64,000 bases of DNA. It comes from Nitrospirales bacterium (GTDB lineage Bacteria; Nitrospirota; Nitrospiria; Nitrospirales; UBA8639). A program made the position numbers and the translations under genes. The notes beneath the pieces are model-generated. The model did no database searches, was not told the origin of the DNA, and was given only the letters and a program-made list of their open reading frames with translations. Of this stretch, positions 40,717-51,094 are shown in pieces (position 1 is the first letter of the stretch; each line of letters starts with the position of its first letter). The stretch covers positions 1,120,001-1,184,000 of the forward strand of contig CBDCWC010000003.1 of assembly GCA_965223295.1 (NCBI GenBank), written 5' to 3'.

Positions 40717-42659
40717 TCGAACAGAAATGACCCATTTGTAACGGCCTCGGGCGTTTCATCCCAAATAAGCTGCAGTATTTCATTCATAGACATGGTTCCC
40801 AGGTTTTTACTATTTCGCTGACGGATGGACACGGTCTCACTTTCGGCTTCCCGGTCACCCACCACAGCCATAAGAGGGACCTTGGCCTTTTCTGACTCAC
40901 GGATTTTAAGCCCAACTTTCTCATTTCGCAAGTCCAAAGACACCCGGCACCCTTGTTTACGGAGAATTTTACCAACCTTTTTGGCATAGTCCTCATGTTT
41001 TTGCGATATAGGCAGAACAGCAACCTGAACTGGAGCTAACCAGATTGGGAACGCTCCTCCATAATGTTCAAGGAGAATCCCAAAAAAGCGTTCGATTGAA
41101 CCTAATAAGGCACGGTGGATCATTATGGGTTGGTGCGTCTTTCCATCTTCGCCAATATAGGTCAGACCAAACCGCTCCGGATTATTAAAATCGACTTGCA
41201 CCGTGGAACATTGCCAGGACCGTCCCAGGGCATCTTGAATTTTGACATCAATCTTTGGCCCATAAAAGACCCCTTCCCCGGGATCTTCTTCATAAGCATA
41301 GCCCCCCTCCTTCAGTGCCGTGGCTAATGCCTCTGTAGCTTGGTCCCACTGCTCAATCGAACCGACAGCCTTTTCAGGTCGCGTCGAAAGATACATTTGG
41401 AATTCGCTGAAGCCGAAGGTCCCTAACATTAAGGTCGTAAATTTCAGGACCTGGCGAACTTCCTCAGCCAGTTGATCGGGACGGCAAAACAGATGCGCAT
41501 CATCTTGCGTAAACCCGCGTACACGCATCAGGCCATGCAGCACTCCAGACCGTTCATAGCGATAGACCGTTCCCAATTCTCCATAGCGAATGGGTAAATC
41601 CCGATAACTCCGCAAATGCGATTTATAGACCATGATATGAAACGGGCAGTTCATGGGCTTGAGCTGATATTCACTGGATTCCACCGGCATGGAGGCATAC
41701 ATATTCTCTCGATAAAAATCGACATGTCCACTGGTCTTCCAAAGGTCTAGACGCGCCACATGCGGGGAATACACAAGCTCATAGTCGTTAGCCACATGCT
41801 GTGCCCGCCAAAAATTTTCGACGAGTAGGCGGATCTGCGATCCTTTGGGATGCCAGAGAATCAATCCAGGACCGGTTTCATCTTGAATACTAAATAGGTC
41901 TAGCTCTTTGCCTAATTTTCGATGGTCCCGTTTCTTAATTTCTTCCAGATTATCTAAATGCTGTTGTAAGGCATCTTTTGAAGGGAAGGACGTGCCATAA
42001 ATACGCTGCAACATGGGATTGCGTTCGTCTCCACGCCAATACGCTCCAGCACTGTTCAGAATCTTGAACGCTTTCACATAGCCAGTGGAAGGGAGATGAG
42101 GGCCGCGACAGAGATCGATGAAGTCACCCTGACAATAGGCTGAAACGGGTTCGTCATCTGGAAACCCTTCGATGATTTCAACTTTGTAGGCCTCACCACG
42201 GTTTTTAAAAAACTCAATAGCTTCGTCTTTTTTGAATTCCCGACGAGACACCGTGAGGTTACGCTGAATAATGTCTGTGGCCTGGTCTTCAATTTTTTCC
42301 AAATCTTCCGGAGTAAATGGGCGATCAAAAGCAAAATCATAGAAAAACCCATTTTCAATGGCTGGCCCTATCGTCATTTGGGCGGTAGGGAAACATTCTT
42401 TCACGGCTTGGGCCATAATATGCGTGCTGCTATGACGATAGACCTCTTTCCCTTCGGGGGAATCAAATGTGAGCGGTTCCAATGTGGCATCTTCCTCGAC
42501 CGCTGCCACTAAATCTCGTTCGACGCCATTCACTTTCACGGCAAACATATCCTTTGATCGAAATCTACCAAGTTTGATCAACGCATCCTTGGCAGACGTG
42601 CCTTTGGGAAAGGCTTGGGGTTCCTTACCCGGAACGGATAGCTGAATGGTGTCCGTCAT
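40713..42659 (-). CDS. thrS: Threonine-tRNA ligase
   Basis: RHSSTH, DLCRGPH, GAYWRG, RDHRKLG, KPMNCP, RVRGFTQDD, FYGPKID, HRALLGSIERF; start set at MTDTIQ. Confidence 0.97.
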   Translation of the reverse strand: MTDTIQLSVPGKEPQAFPKGTSAKDALIKLGRFRSKDMFAVKVNGVERDLVAAVEEDATLEPLTFDSPEGKEVYRHSSTHIMAQAVKECFPTAQMTIGPAIENGFFYDFAFDRPFTPEDLEKIEDQATDIIQRNLTVSRREFKKDEAIEFFKNRGEAYKVEIIEGFPDDEPVSAYCQGDFIDLCRGPHLPSTGYVKAFKILNSAGAYWRGDERNPMLQRIYGTSFPSKDALQQHLDNLEEIKKRDHRKLGKELDLFSIQDETGPGLILWHPKGSQIRLLVENFWRAQHVANDYELVYSPHVARLDLWKTSGHVDFYRENMYASMPVESSEYQLKPMNCPFHIMVYKSHLRSYRDLPIRYGELGTVYRYERSGVLHGLMRVRGFTQDDAHLFCRPDQLAEEVRQVLKFTTLMLGTFGFSEFQMYLSTRPEKAVGSIEQWDQATEALATALKEGGYAYEEDPGEGVFYGPKIDVKIQDALGRSWQCSTVQVDFNNPERFGLTYIGEDGKTHQPIMIHRALLGSIERFFGILLEHYGGAFPIWLAPVQVAVLPISQKHEDYAKKVGKILRKQGCRVSLDLRNEKVGLKIRESEKAKVPLMAVVGDREAESETVSIRQRNSKNLGTMSMNEILQLIWDETPEAVTNGSFLFE

Positions 42660-42749
42660 TCTTCGACTTAGATATATGGTTGAAGCAATAAAAGGCACCT
42701 CTCCCATTTTCACAAGGAAGCCGGATGCCTTTACCAATGTACAGGGAAA

Positions 42750-42824
42750 TGGTAGGCGCGGGCGGTATTGAACCGCCGACCTCTACCGTGTCAAGGTAGC
42801 GCTCTCCCCCTGAGCTACGCGCCT
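42750..42824 (-). tRNA. tRNA-Val(GAC)
   Basis: Reverse complement AGGCGCG...CTACC-TTGACAC-GGTAG...GGTTCAAT...CGCGCCT-ACCA. Confidence 0.96.
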
Positions 42825-42902
42825 ATATTTTACTCGACTTATGCTAGTCTGCCAAGGCAGCCATGTCAAGAAAGCCTTGTTAAATAAAGGGAAAGCAGAT
42901 GC

Positions 42903-43526
42903 TCAAGCGGAGGGATCTTGTACCGACCGCTTCCGTTTTCCCGGAGCGGTTTGTTTGGCTTGACTCACGGAGATATCAAATTCTGTAATTTTTTTTCTCA
43001 AGGTATTTCGATTTAATCCTAGTAAACGAGCCGCTTTAATCTGATTGCCATGGGTTTCGCGTAAGGCCATTTCAATGAGTGGCCGTTCAACGGCACGCAT
43101 CAAAGTGGGATACAAATTTTTTCCAGATCCCATATTCATCGCACGGACAAAGTCCCCAATTTTTTGTTCCACGTAACTGGCTAAGCTGACATCTTTGGGA
43201 TCAACGGAGGCCTCTTGAGTTCCTGAGGCTCCCATCACCTGTGGAATCTGGCCTAACGTGCGCCATGCTGGCAACGGTCCCGCATACACAAATGTCTTGG
43301 ATAAATTTAACTGGCCATTCAACTCAGAGAGATTTGGCAGAACATCCGTACTCGGTTCATCTAAGATCACGCCCGTGAAATCTTCCGCATCCATGACGGA
43401 TTCTAATGATGAACAATTATCGACCACCTTGACTCGATCTTGAAGGTCACGTTGAGAAACCCGAGATTTCAAGTCAGGATCGTTGGTCAGAAGAGCAAAG
43501 CGAAGTGGTGTGGCGTGAGATGACAT
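42903..43526 (-). CDS. Fis-family (HTH_8) regulator
   Basis: VERPLIEMALRETHGNQIKAARLLGLNRNTLRKKI. Confidence 0.88.
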   Translation of the reverse strand: MSSHATPLRFALLTNDPDLKSRVSQRDLQDRVKVVDNCSSLESVMDAEDFTGVILDEPSTDVLPNLSELNGQLNLSKTFVYAGPLPAWRTLGQIPQVMGASGTQEASVDPKDVSLASYVEQKIGDFVRAMNMGSGKNLYPTLMRAVERPLIEMALRETHGNQIKAARLLGLNRNTLRKKITEFDISVSQAKQTAPGKRKRSVQDPSA

Positions 43527-43612
43527 GATGGATTCGTTGAGAGACAAAGAACGGCGATTATGTCGAAACGCTTGATAAGTTTCAATTGAGAGAATTGCCT
43601 AGGTTGAGCTTC

Positions 43613-45112
43613 TCATTCTCCCAATCCTAATAAAGGACACAATATGCGCAAGAGAGACCAAATTACGATACCGCCAATGACATCCAACAACAGTCCAGCT
43701 TGCACCATACGCACAATCGGCACACGTCCTGTGCCATAGACAATGGCATTAGGCGGAGTGGATACGGGAAGGACAAACGCGAGACTCGCAGCCATACATG
43801 TACCCAAGACAGGAGGAACCGGAGAAAAATTTGCAGAATGGGCAATGGCAATCAACACGGGCACCAGCATACTTGTGGCCGCTGTGTTGGAAGCCAGTTC
43901 CGTTAAGACCAGCGCCGTCAGAATAGCGACGCCCATTAAACTCCAGACCGACTCTATACCAAACAAGCCAACCATACTTTGGCCAATCGTGTGGGCGAGT
44001 TCGGTCTTGACCATGAGTTCACCAAACGCAATGCCTCCACCAAACAATAAAATCGTTCCCCAATGAATATTGGCCGCTTGTTTCCATGTAAGGACGAATG
44101 TCCCCTCGTGAAGATTTAACGGCAGCAGAAACAATAGGCCCGATGCAAAAATAGGAACAAGTTCTTTGGGAAGGTGGACTCGGACCCATTGGACAAACGC
44201 ATCGTCTGGTTCTAGCCAAATGGATAATAATGCTGGCAAGACCCATAAAAACACCGCTAAGAGAAAGACACCAAATGTGTAGGATTCTCCACGGGTCCAT
44301 GGCTCAGAAGGAGCCGTCGTCATGGTAAATGAATGATTAGCTGTTGATGCCAACGAAGAAGATGCATAGAGCCAATACAGCAAGGAAAACATCACGAGAA
44401 GCATAATTCCCGCCACGGGCAAACCCATTAACATCCACTGGTCAAACGAAATCGTTATATTCGCTTGTTCAGCCAGTAGTCCTATCCCAAGAAGATTAGG
44501 TGGCGTACCAATTAAGGTCGCGACGCCACCAATACCGGCTCCGTACGCCAAACACAGCAAAAAGCCCGTTTCAAACTTGCCGAGATCTTTTCCACTCTGC
44601 TGAAGGGCATTGAGCACCCCCAATGCAATAGGAAGCATGACTGCTGTAGCCGCCGTATTGCTAATCCACATCGACATGCCGGCCACTGCCAAACTCACCG
44701 CCATCATGATTCGAATAGGATTAGTACCTACCCATCTCCGGGAAAGGAGCCAATTGCCAAAGCGACGATCCAGACCATGGACCGTCAACGCCTCGGAAAT
44801 AAAAAAACTCCCAATAAACAAAAAAATAATGGGATGGGAAAACGCGGCAAAGACCGATTTCATGCTGTCTAAACCAGTCAATACACATAAGCCACAACCT
44901 AATAAAGCCGTGACGGGCAGAGGGATAGGTTCCGTAATCCACATCACCACCACCCACATCAATATCGCTGCCAAGGTACGCGCAGAACCAGAAAGCGAAG
45001 TTGGGAGAAACACAAACATCAATCCCGCAAGAACCGGAGCAATCAATAAACCTAAAAGATGAGGGGATGGTTTGGCTAAAGATCGAGAAGACAAGGAACT
45101 CATAGAGGCCAT
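43613..45112 (-). CDS. SLC13/DASS family sodium:anion symporter
   Basis: WITEPIP, SMWISNTAAT, GTPPN, TELASNTA, AFVLPVSTPPNAIV. Confidence 0.95.
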   Translation of the reverse strand: MASMSSLSSRSLAKPSPHLLGLLIAPVLAGLMFVFLPTSLSGSARTLAAILMWVVVMWITEPIPLPVTALLGCGLCVLTGLDSMKSVFAAFSHPIIFLFIGSFFISEALTVHGLDRRFGNWLLSRRWVGTNPIRIMMAVSLAVAGMSMWISNTAATAVMLPIALGVLNALQQSGKDLGKFETGFLLCLAYGAGIGGVATLIGTPPNLLGIGLLAEQANITISFDQWMLMGLPVAGIMLLVMFSLLYWLYASSSLASTANHSFTMTTAPSEPWTRGESYTFGVFLLAVFLWVLPALLSIWLEPDDAFVQWVRVHLPKELVPIFASGLLFLLPLNLHEGTFVLTWKQAANIHWGTILLFGGGIAFGELMVKTELAHTIGQSMVGLFGIESVWSLMGVAILTALVLTELASNTAATSMLVPVLIAIAHSANFSPVPPVLGTCMAASLAFVLPVSTPPNAIVYGTGRVPIVRMVQAGLLLDVIGGIVIWSLLRILCPLLGLGE

Positions 45113-45242
45113 GACGAGTAAGAACGATGATTTACTGTAACTAAGATTCTACAATCCAAGATCTACGGAATGTAGCAAGCATCATGGAAAATTCATAGTA
45201 CAAACATAAAATTCCCCTACCTAGAATCTTGTAAAAGACAAT

Positions 45243-45261
45243 AATAGTTCCTGACACCTTT
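45243..45261 (+). repeat. CCTGACACC motif (left island boundary)
   Basis: AATAGTTCCTGACACCTTT; same core at 56179-56187 and an inverted variant at about 55444-55462. Confidence 0.6.
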
Positions 45262-45278
45262 ATTAATTTATAGATCGT

Positions 45279-45809
45279 CTAGTTTTGCATTCTGACAATG
45301 AAACTTGCCAGTTGTTTGGCCCTCCTAACGAGATAGATGGCAATTCCTCCTATAACTAGGTGCCCCATAAATGCAAAGATCTGCCGCTCATAGATATTTT
45401 TTTGACTTTTTAAAAAGCTAAAGCTAAATCGATCATTCACAGAATCTTTTAGATCCAAAGGAAAAAGAAGGGAATTTACCCCATGCACTAGACCTGGCAG
45501 AACCATCCAGAATAATAGAACAATTCCGATGATACTGAAGGCTAGTCTATACCACTCATGGATTTGAATGGTCTCTGTTGATTCCGAGGTTTCGTCAGAA
45601 TTATATAGATAGCTGGCAATTATGGGGGCATACCGAAACAAAAGTCCTGCCATAATCCAAAAAATAATAGAAGGGATAAACAAAGGAAGGTAGGACCATG
45701 AAAAAAATATCTTCGCTGAGCAATAATTGAAAATGCCATTCAGGCCTCGAATGAAGGCATACAAACCCAGAATATTAAGGGCGACCTCAGTATATAGTTT
45801 TTGGTTCAT
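45279..45809 (-). CDS. AT-rich 4-TM hypothetical membrane protein
   Basis: 176-aa ORF with four hydrophobic segments; paralogous to 45920-46460. Confidence 0.7.
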   Translation of the reverse strand: MNQKLYTEVALNILGLYAFIRGLNGIFNYCSAKIFFSWSYLPLFIPSIIFWIMAGLLFRYAPIIASYLYNSDETSESTETIQIHEWYRLAFSIIGIVLLFWMVLPGLVHGVNSLLFPLDLKDSVNDRFSFSFLKSQKNIYERQIFAFMGHLVIGGIAIYLVRRAKQLASFIVRMQN

Positions 45810-45919
45810 CGGTGCTTGAAACTTCCTGTAAAAACAAAGGTATTTCTCTTTCTCAAAAAATATACTGTCGCCGCGACATTCACTCTTTACAAAGATTTAC
45901 TATAAATCATCAGGATTTT

Positions 45920-46460
45920 TCATTCGTGCGAATCTTGAAGTTTCAGAATGTATAGAGTGAGTCGTTTCGAATCGAATAACAAATACATGAAAGTTCCAGC
46001 TAGAAATAAAGTTAAGCCCCCATTAAATATCAATCTCCTCCACAAACCATCATTCGTATATACCTGGGCTATCTGAGTGGAAGTCGGTTCTAATAAAAGG
46101 AGAGACGCCGAGACCGTGGCACTGGATAGATAAATTGGAACGCTCCAGACGCTCAAAAATGCTCCGCAGAGAGAGTAGTGCTATGTGCCATTCTCGAATG
46201 TGACAATTGGGTGAAGGAAACTGTCCCTTCCCTCGATCGAATATTTCGCTAACTATTCCTGAAGAATGTTGGAGAAAAAACCACCCGAAGACCAAAAACA
46301 GGCAGGAAGCGGGGAGATCAGATCTTAAAAGCCCAATTGTTGAAAATACATTTGAAAATCCATGAAGACTCATGCTCTGGGAAATCTTGGCCACACCCTC
46401 GACTGAACTATAGAGACCCAGTATTTTTAGGATGATTTCTGTAAATCTCCTTGGGGACAT
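45920..46460 (-). pseudogene. Frameshifted paralog of 45279-45809
   Basis: N-half (TEIILKILGLY, IREWH) and C-half (YLLFDSKRLTLYILKLQ) are in different frames; the junction lies at a (CT)4 tract, 46168-46175. Confidence 0.75.
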
Positions 46461-46618
46461 AGGCTCCTATCTTTTCTTTCCCAGACATTTGGCCAAAATC
46501 TAACAGTAAGCTTGTTGCTACTACTATTATATGGCTCCTACTACTAAGACTACTGAATCGGGAAATTACCCATTTGTGCAATTAGGTAGTTAGGAGGGAA
46601 TACAATAACGATGCTCTA

Positions 46619-46768
46619 TTATTTGCCGTTTATGTTAGGTCGGCGACAGGGGCTGAAGGTGCCTTCGAGGTTGGGTCGACGGGTCATACAATGCACACAT
46701 AATTCCTTACCGAATGATCTACCGCGCTGAAGGGGTTGACGAACGGCCTCCAATTCCTCTTCAGAGAT
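46619..46768 (-). pseudogene. C-terminal remnant of a RAYT/IS200-like transposase
   Basis: EEELEAVRQPLQRGRSFGKELCVHCMTRRPNLEGTFSPCRRP aligns without gaps to the C-terminus of 55465-56133 (24/45 identical by hand). Confidence 0.85.
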
Positions 46769-46845
46769 GTAGAAGGAGTAGGAAGAAATGAGACTGTTTA
46801 AAGGTAACTCAAATAAGAACTATTGAATCAGTACCATAGATATCC

Positions 46846-46882
46846 GGCACGAGGTCCACGACACAATTTCGGCCCTCGTGCC
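46846..46882. terminator. Hairpin downstream of the giant PASTA gene
   Basis: GGCACGAGG ... CCTCGTGCC; no clear U-tract. Confidence 0.4.
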
Positions 46883-46900
46883 AAGACAACCTCAGTGCAT

Positions 46901-49900
46901 TTACGGACTTTGGAGATTACAGCGAGCCGTGTTGCCAATGATATTATTGGGGCCATTAATCAAAAAGCCCTCACAATCATTACTGGTATTCCCTTGAAGA
47001 GTCGTCCCTTGAAGCTGCACCGTCGGAGCTTGAACCCCAGGGAACAGATCGCCCGGATGCAAGAATTTGTAGATCCCGCCACCCCCACCTAACGCCTGAT
47101 TGCCAGTCATGGAGGCATTCGTCACGCTGACATTGGCATTACCCGTGCTGAGACCGCCGCCAAAGTTCGCCTGATTATTGAGAAATTGTGAATTGCCGGA
47201 TATGGTGACGGTACCGTCTTGGGCCTGAACACCACCGCCACGACCTTCGGAAATATTATTCCTCACAATTGTCTCACTGATCACAAGCGTACCATCTAAG
47301 TGACTCAGCCCGCCGCCACTTCCGGCTGATTGGTTACCGGTGATGACACTATCCTCTACTGTGAGGTTTCCAGCAACATTCCGTATTCCGCCTCCAGTCG
47401 AGTTGTTAATGTTACCCCCTTGAATGGTGACTCCCGTAATGGTGACTGTAGGACTGCCTTGAGGAATATCAAAAACCCTATCTAGTCCACCGCCTAAAAT
47501 AATGACCGTAGACGGATTCCCCGAGCTGCTCGTGATTGTGAGATTATCAGTGATGTCAAGATCGCCTGTTGAGCCAGAATCTTCGTCCTGTCCCGGGAGA
47601 CTTATGGTGTAGGTGCCGGAAGGAAGCGTAATGGTCTGAGCACCGTCGAGGGCATTCGATTCCTGAACAGCCGCTCTAAGTGTACAGACACCATTTCCGT
47701 TTTGAGTTTCGCAAACTTGGTTTCCAGGATTCGCGTCAGCACCGTCATCGAACGTATTCACTCCCGTAGTATTTATCCCACTAGAGACCACCAGGTTCAC
47801 ATTCGAGCCTGGGGCCACGCTGGCCCCCGCCGTGGGGTTCTGACTGATGACATTGCCCGCCGCTACATTCCCACTGGCCTGTTGCGTGACATTGCCCACA
47901 CTGAGGTTTGCACCACTGAGGGTATTCCCGGCAGCTCCCTGTGTTTGCCCGACTACATTCGGCACCGTCACCTGGGCCGGGCCACTAGAGACCACCAGGT
48001 TCACATTCGAGCCCGGGGCCACGCTGGCCCCCGCCGTGGGGTTCTGACTGATGACATTGCCCGCCGCTACATTCCCACTGGCCTGTTGCGTGACATTGCC
48101 CACACTGAGGTTTGCACCACTGAGGGTATTCCCGGCAGCTCCCTGTGTTTGCCCGACTACATTCGGCACCGTCACCTGGGCCGGGCCACTAGAGACCACC
48201 AGGTTCACATTCGAGCCCGGGGCCACGCTGGCCCCCGCCGTGGGGTTCTGACTGATGACATTGCCCGCCGCTACATTCCCACTGGCCTGTTGCGTGACAT
48301 TGCCCACACTGAGGTTTGCACCACTGAGGGTATTCCCGGCAGCTCCCTGTGTTTGCCCGACTACATTCGGCACCGTCACCTGGGCCGGGCCACTAGAGAC
48401 CACCAGGTTCACATTCGAGCCCGGGGCCACGCTGGCCCCCGCCGTGGGGTTCTGACTGATGACATTGCCCGCCGCTACATTCCCACTGGCCTGTTGCGTG
48501 ACATTGCCCACACTGAGGTTTGCACCACTGAGGGTATTCCCGGCAGCTCCCTGTGTTTGCCCGACTACATTCGGCACCGTCACCTGGGCCGGGCCACTAG
48601 AGACCACCAGGTTCACATTCGAGCCCGGGGCCACGCTGGCCCCCGCCGTGGGGTTCTGACTGATGACATTGCCCGCCGCTACATTCCCACTGGCCTGTTG
48701 CGTGACATTGCCCACACTGAGGTTTGCACCACTGAGGGTATTCCCGGCAGCTCCCTGTGTTTGCCCGACTACATTCGGCACCGTCACCTGGGCCGGGCCA
48801 CTAGAGACCACCAGGTTCACATTCGAGCCCGGGGCCACGCTGGCCCCCGCCGTGGGGTTCTGACTGATGACATTGCCCGCCGCTACATTCCCACTGGCCT
48901 GTTGCGTGACATTGCCCACACTGAGGTTTGCACCACTGAGGGTATTCCCGGCAGCTCCCTGTGTTTGCCCGACTACATTCGGCACCGTCACCTGGGCCGG
49001 GCCACTAGAGACCACCAGGTTCACATTCGAGCCCGGGGCCACGCTGGCCCCCGCCGTGGGGTTCTGACTGATGACATTGCCCGCCGCTACATTCCCACTG
49101 GCCTGTTGCGTGACATTGCCCACACTGAGGTTTGCACCACTGAGGGTATTCCCGGCAGCTCCCTGTGTTTGCCCGACTACATTCGGCACCGTCACCTGGG
49201 CCGGGCCACTAGAGACCACCAGGTTCACATTCGAGCCCGGGGCCACGCTGGCCCCCGCCGTGGGGTTCTGACTGATGACATTGCCCGCCGCTACATTCCC
49301 ACTGGCCTGTTGCGTGACATTGCCCACACTGAGGTTTGCACCACTGAGGGTATTCCCGGCAGCTCCCTGTGTTTGCCCGACTACATTCGGGACAATGACC
49401 GGCTCGACAAACGTCGCAGTCACCTGTTGATCAGAACCCATCTCGACCGTGCATTGATTGCCCGACGTTGATAAACATCCCGTCCATCCAGAAAAGATTG
49501 ATAGCTGTCCGCCGTTGGGTCTTGTCGGGGTCGGGGTTAGTGTGACAGAGGTCGGTGGCTGGAGCAGATCATACTGAATCGTGCAATCGTTAAAACAATT
49601 TGTTTCCGACATATTCGGTCCCGGCCTAGCAGTGATCTGCCCTGTTCCGGTACCAGCGAAACTAACCGCAAGATTTGCAATGAATCCTCGCTCATATATA
49701 AGGAGACCAATCCCATTATGCGAGAAATTGGCTGTCACTAGATCGAGATCTTCATCTCCATCCAGATCTTCAATGTACAGCGCGTAGGGTACTTCATCGT
49801 CTTCTGAATCGAACAGCAAGTCTCGATTGGCCCCAGTATTCGGATCAACCTCACCATCAATGATTTTCTTGGGAAGGCCAGTTGTCGGAGTTGTCCTGTA

Positions 49901-51094
49901 TGGTTCAAAATCCAAGTGACTCGATTCAGAGTAGAGTTCGTCTTCTGAATGAGCATACCCCCGAAAAATCGTGACATTTCGACGATCAAAGTTGGAATTG
50001 ACCACCGCAAAATCTTGGTTCCCGTCCTTATCAAAATCCCCAATGGCGACGGAATGGGGCCCATCTCGTGTCGTAGCAGGCGAACCAACATCCACAGAAT
50101 TTGGGAACTGCCCAAAACCATTGCCAAAATAAATCGTTGCTGTGGAAAGAGTTCCGTTATGGGCAACCAGGATATCCTCGCTGCCATCCTGATCCATATC
50201 GGCAATGGCAACCGATCGCGGATTGACTCCATCTCGTTGTTCAATAAGAAGTGGGGATTCAAACTCAAAGGAATCCCGCCCCAGTAAAATGGAGACGCTC
50301 GAGTCTTGGGCAATAATGACATCGGGAATGGTATCGGCATTAAGATTCCCGACAGCGAGAGAACGCGAAGGGCTCTCCAACTTAATGGTCTTTCTGGGGA
50401 GGCTTATACGGCTCGGATCATCAAAGAAATACAACGAGTCATCCCCAATCACCGCAAGATCCGTGGTGCCAGATTGGTCAAAATCTCCTACAGCCATGGC
50501 TATGGGAGCGGTTCTTTCGCCAAAGCGCAGGATTGACCGGTTGGCAAGTGGGAAGCTCCCATTGCCATCTCCCAACAGGATCAAGATCCGTCCTGGTTTG
50601 GCCTGAGCTAATACCGCAAGATCTGGGTTATTATCTTGATTAAAGTCTCCCGACACCGCTGCCATCAAATCCAATGTACGTTTGGAGCGCTCTAAATCAC
50701 CCGTTCGTACCGAGATGCTTTCCCCAGGATCTTGAAATGTACCATTCTCTCTACCTAACAACAGGCGAAGACCATCGTCCCTCTCTTCCCCTTCATCTCG
50801 ATTGACTGCCACAAGGTCTAAGTGTCCGTCGCGATTAAAGTCAGCGATGACGACCTCCGTCGTCATTCGAGAGGGCCCAAAAAATCTGGTCGTGCGTTCA
50901 AATTCTGCGAAAGCGACACTGCTCAGGAGCGAAGTGAGACAACACATAAATAGCGCAACACCGAGTGCCCGCAGACGGGTGTATGGTTGAAGCAAGGCGT
51001 TCGCCACCATTCGACTTCCTCCCATGAAACATGAAGCTTGAGATATTCTTTGATGGACAAAAACTTTTCCAGCAATCGCACCTCTGGTGAGCAT
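46901..51094 (-). CDS. Giant secreted protein: FG-GAP/VCBS propeller, InlB-B-repeat-like domain, 8 PASTA domains, CSLREA-like/parallel beta-helix C-terminus (start probably ~51010)
   Basis: Signal ending SVAFA; repeated aDFN.DG..DLvv; VTLTPTP...F.GWTG.C...C.V.M....V.A.F; 8x VPNVVG.T...A...L...NL.VG.V.......AG.VISQNP.AG..V.PGS.VNLVVS.G; CTLRAAVQE; GGGI motifs. Confidence 0.88.
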   Translation of the reverse strand: MLTRGAIAGKVFVHQRISQASCFMGGSRMVANALLQPYTRLRALGVALFMCCLTSLLSSVAFAEFERTTRFFGPSRMTTEVVIADFNRDGHLDLVAVNRDEGEERDDGLRLLLGRENGTFQDPGESISVRTGDLERSKRTLDLMAAVSGDFNQDNNPDLAVLAQAKPGRILILLGDGNGSFPLANRSILRFGERTAPIAMAVGDFDQSGTTDLAVIGDDSLYFFDDPSRISLPRKTIKLESPSRSLAVGNLNADTIPDVIIAQDSSVSILLGRDSFEFESPLLIEQRDGVNPRSVAIADMDQDGSEDILVAHNGTLSTATIYFGNGFGQFPNSVDVGSPATTRDGPHSVAIGDFDKDGNQDFAVVNSNFDRRNVTIFRGYAHSEDELYSESSHLDFEPYRTTPTTGLPKKIIDGEVDPNTGANRDLLFDSEDDEVPYALYIEDLDGDEDLDLVTANFSHNGIGLLIYERGFIANLAVSFAGTGTGQITARPGPNMSETNCFNDCTIQYDLLQPPTSVTLTPTPTRPNGGQLSIFSGWTGCLSTSGNQCTVEMGSDQQVTATFVEPVIVPNVVGQTQGAAGNTLSGANLSVGNVTQQASGNVAAGNVISQNPTAGASVAPGSNVNLVVSSGPAQVTVPNVVGQTQGAAGNTLSGANLSVGNVTQQASGNVAAGNVISQNPTAGASVAPGSNVNLVVSSGPAQVTVPNVVGQTQGAAGNTLSGANLSVGNVTQQASGNVAAGNVISQNPTAGASVAPGSNVNLVVSSGPAQVTVPNVVGQTQGAAGNTLSGANLSVGNVTQQASGNVAAGNVISQNPTAGASVAPGSNVNLVVSSGPAQVTVPNVVGQTQGAAGNTLSGANLSVGNVTQQASGNVAAGNVISQNPTAGASVAPGSNVNLVVSSGPAQVTVPNVVGQTQGAAGNTLSGANLSVGNVTQQASGNVAAGNVISQNPTAGASVAPGSNVNLVVSSGPAQVTVPNVVGQTQGAAGNTLSGANLSVGNVTQQASGNVAAGNVISQNPTAGASVAPGSNVNLVVSSGPAQVTVPNVVGQTQGAAGNTLSGANLSVGNVTQQASGNVAAGNVISQNPTAGASVAPGSNVNLVVSSGINTTGVNTFDDGADANPGNQVCETQNGNGVCTLRAAVQESNALDGAQTITLPSGTYTISLPGQDEDSGSTGDLDITDNLTITSSSGNPSTVIILGGGLDRVFDIPQGSPTVTITGVTIQGGNINNSTGGGIRNVAGNLTVEDSVITGNQSAGSGGGLSHLDGTLVISETIVRNNISEGRGGGVQAQDGTVTISGNSQFLNNQANFGGGLSTGNANVSVTNASMTGNQALGGGGGIYKFLHPGDLFPGVQAPTVQLQGTTLQGNTSNDCEGFLINGPNNIIGNTARCNLQSP
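47778..49390. repeat. Near-perfect 204-bp tandem repeat, ~7.9 units
   Basis: Identical shadow ORFs recur every 204 bp; the only difference I noticed is GAGCCTGGGG vs GAGCCCGGGG near 47810. Confidence 0.97.

Noticed and set aside
42660-42745. T-box leader for thrS
   Set aside because: Too short and no T-box consensus; only a modest AAAGGCA/TGCCTTT stem after tRNA-Val.
47778-49390. Possible CRISPR array
   Set aside because: Units are identical with no unique spacers, they are in-frame coding, and no cas genes are present.
47702-49471. 589-aa plus-strand ORF and seven identical 66-aa ORFs
   Set aside because: Antisense shadows of the 204-bp PASTA repeat.
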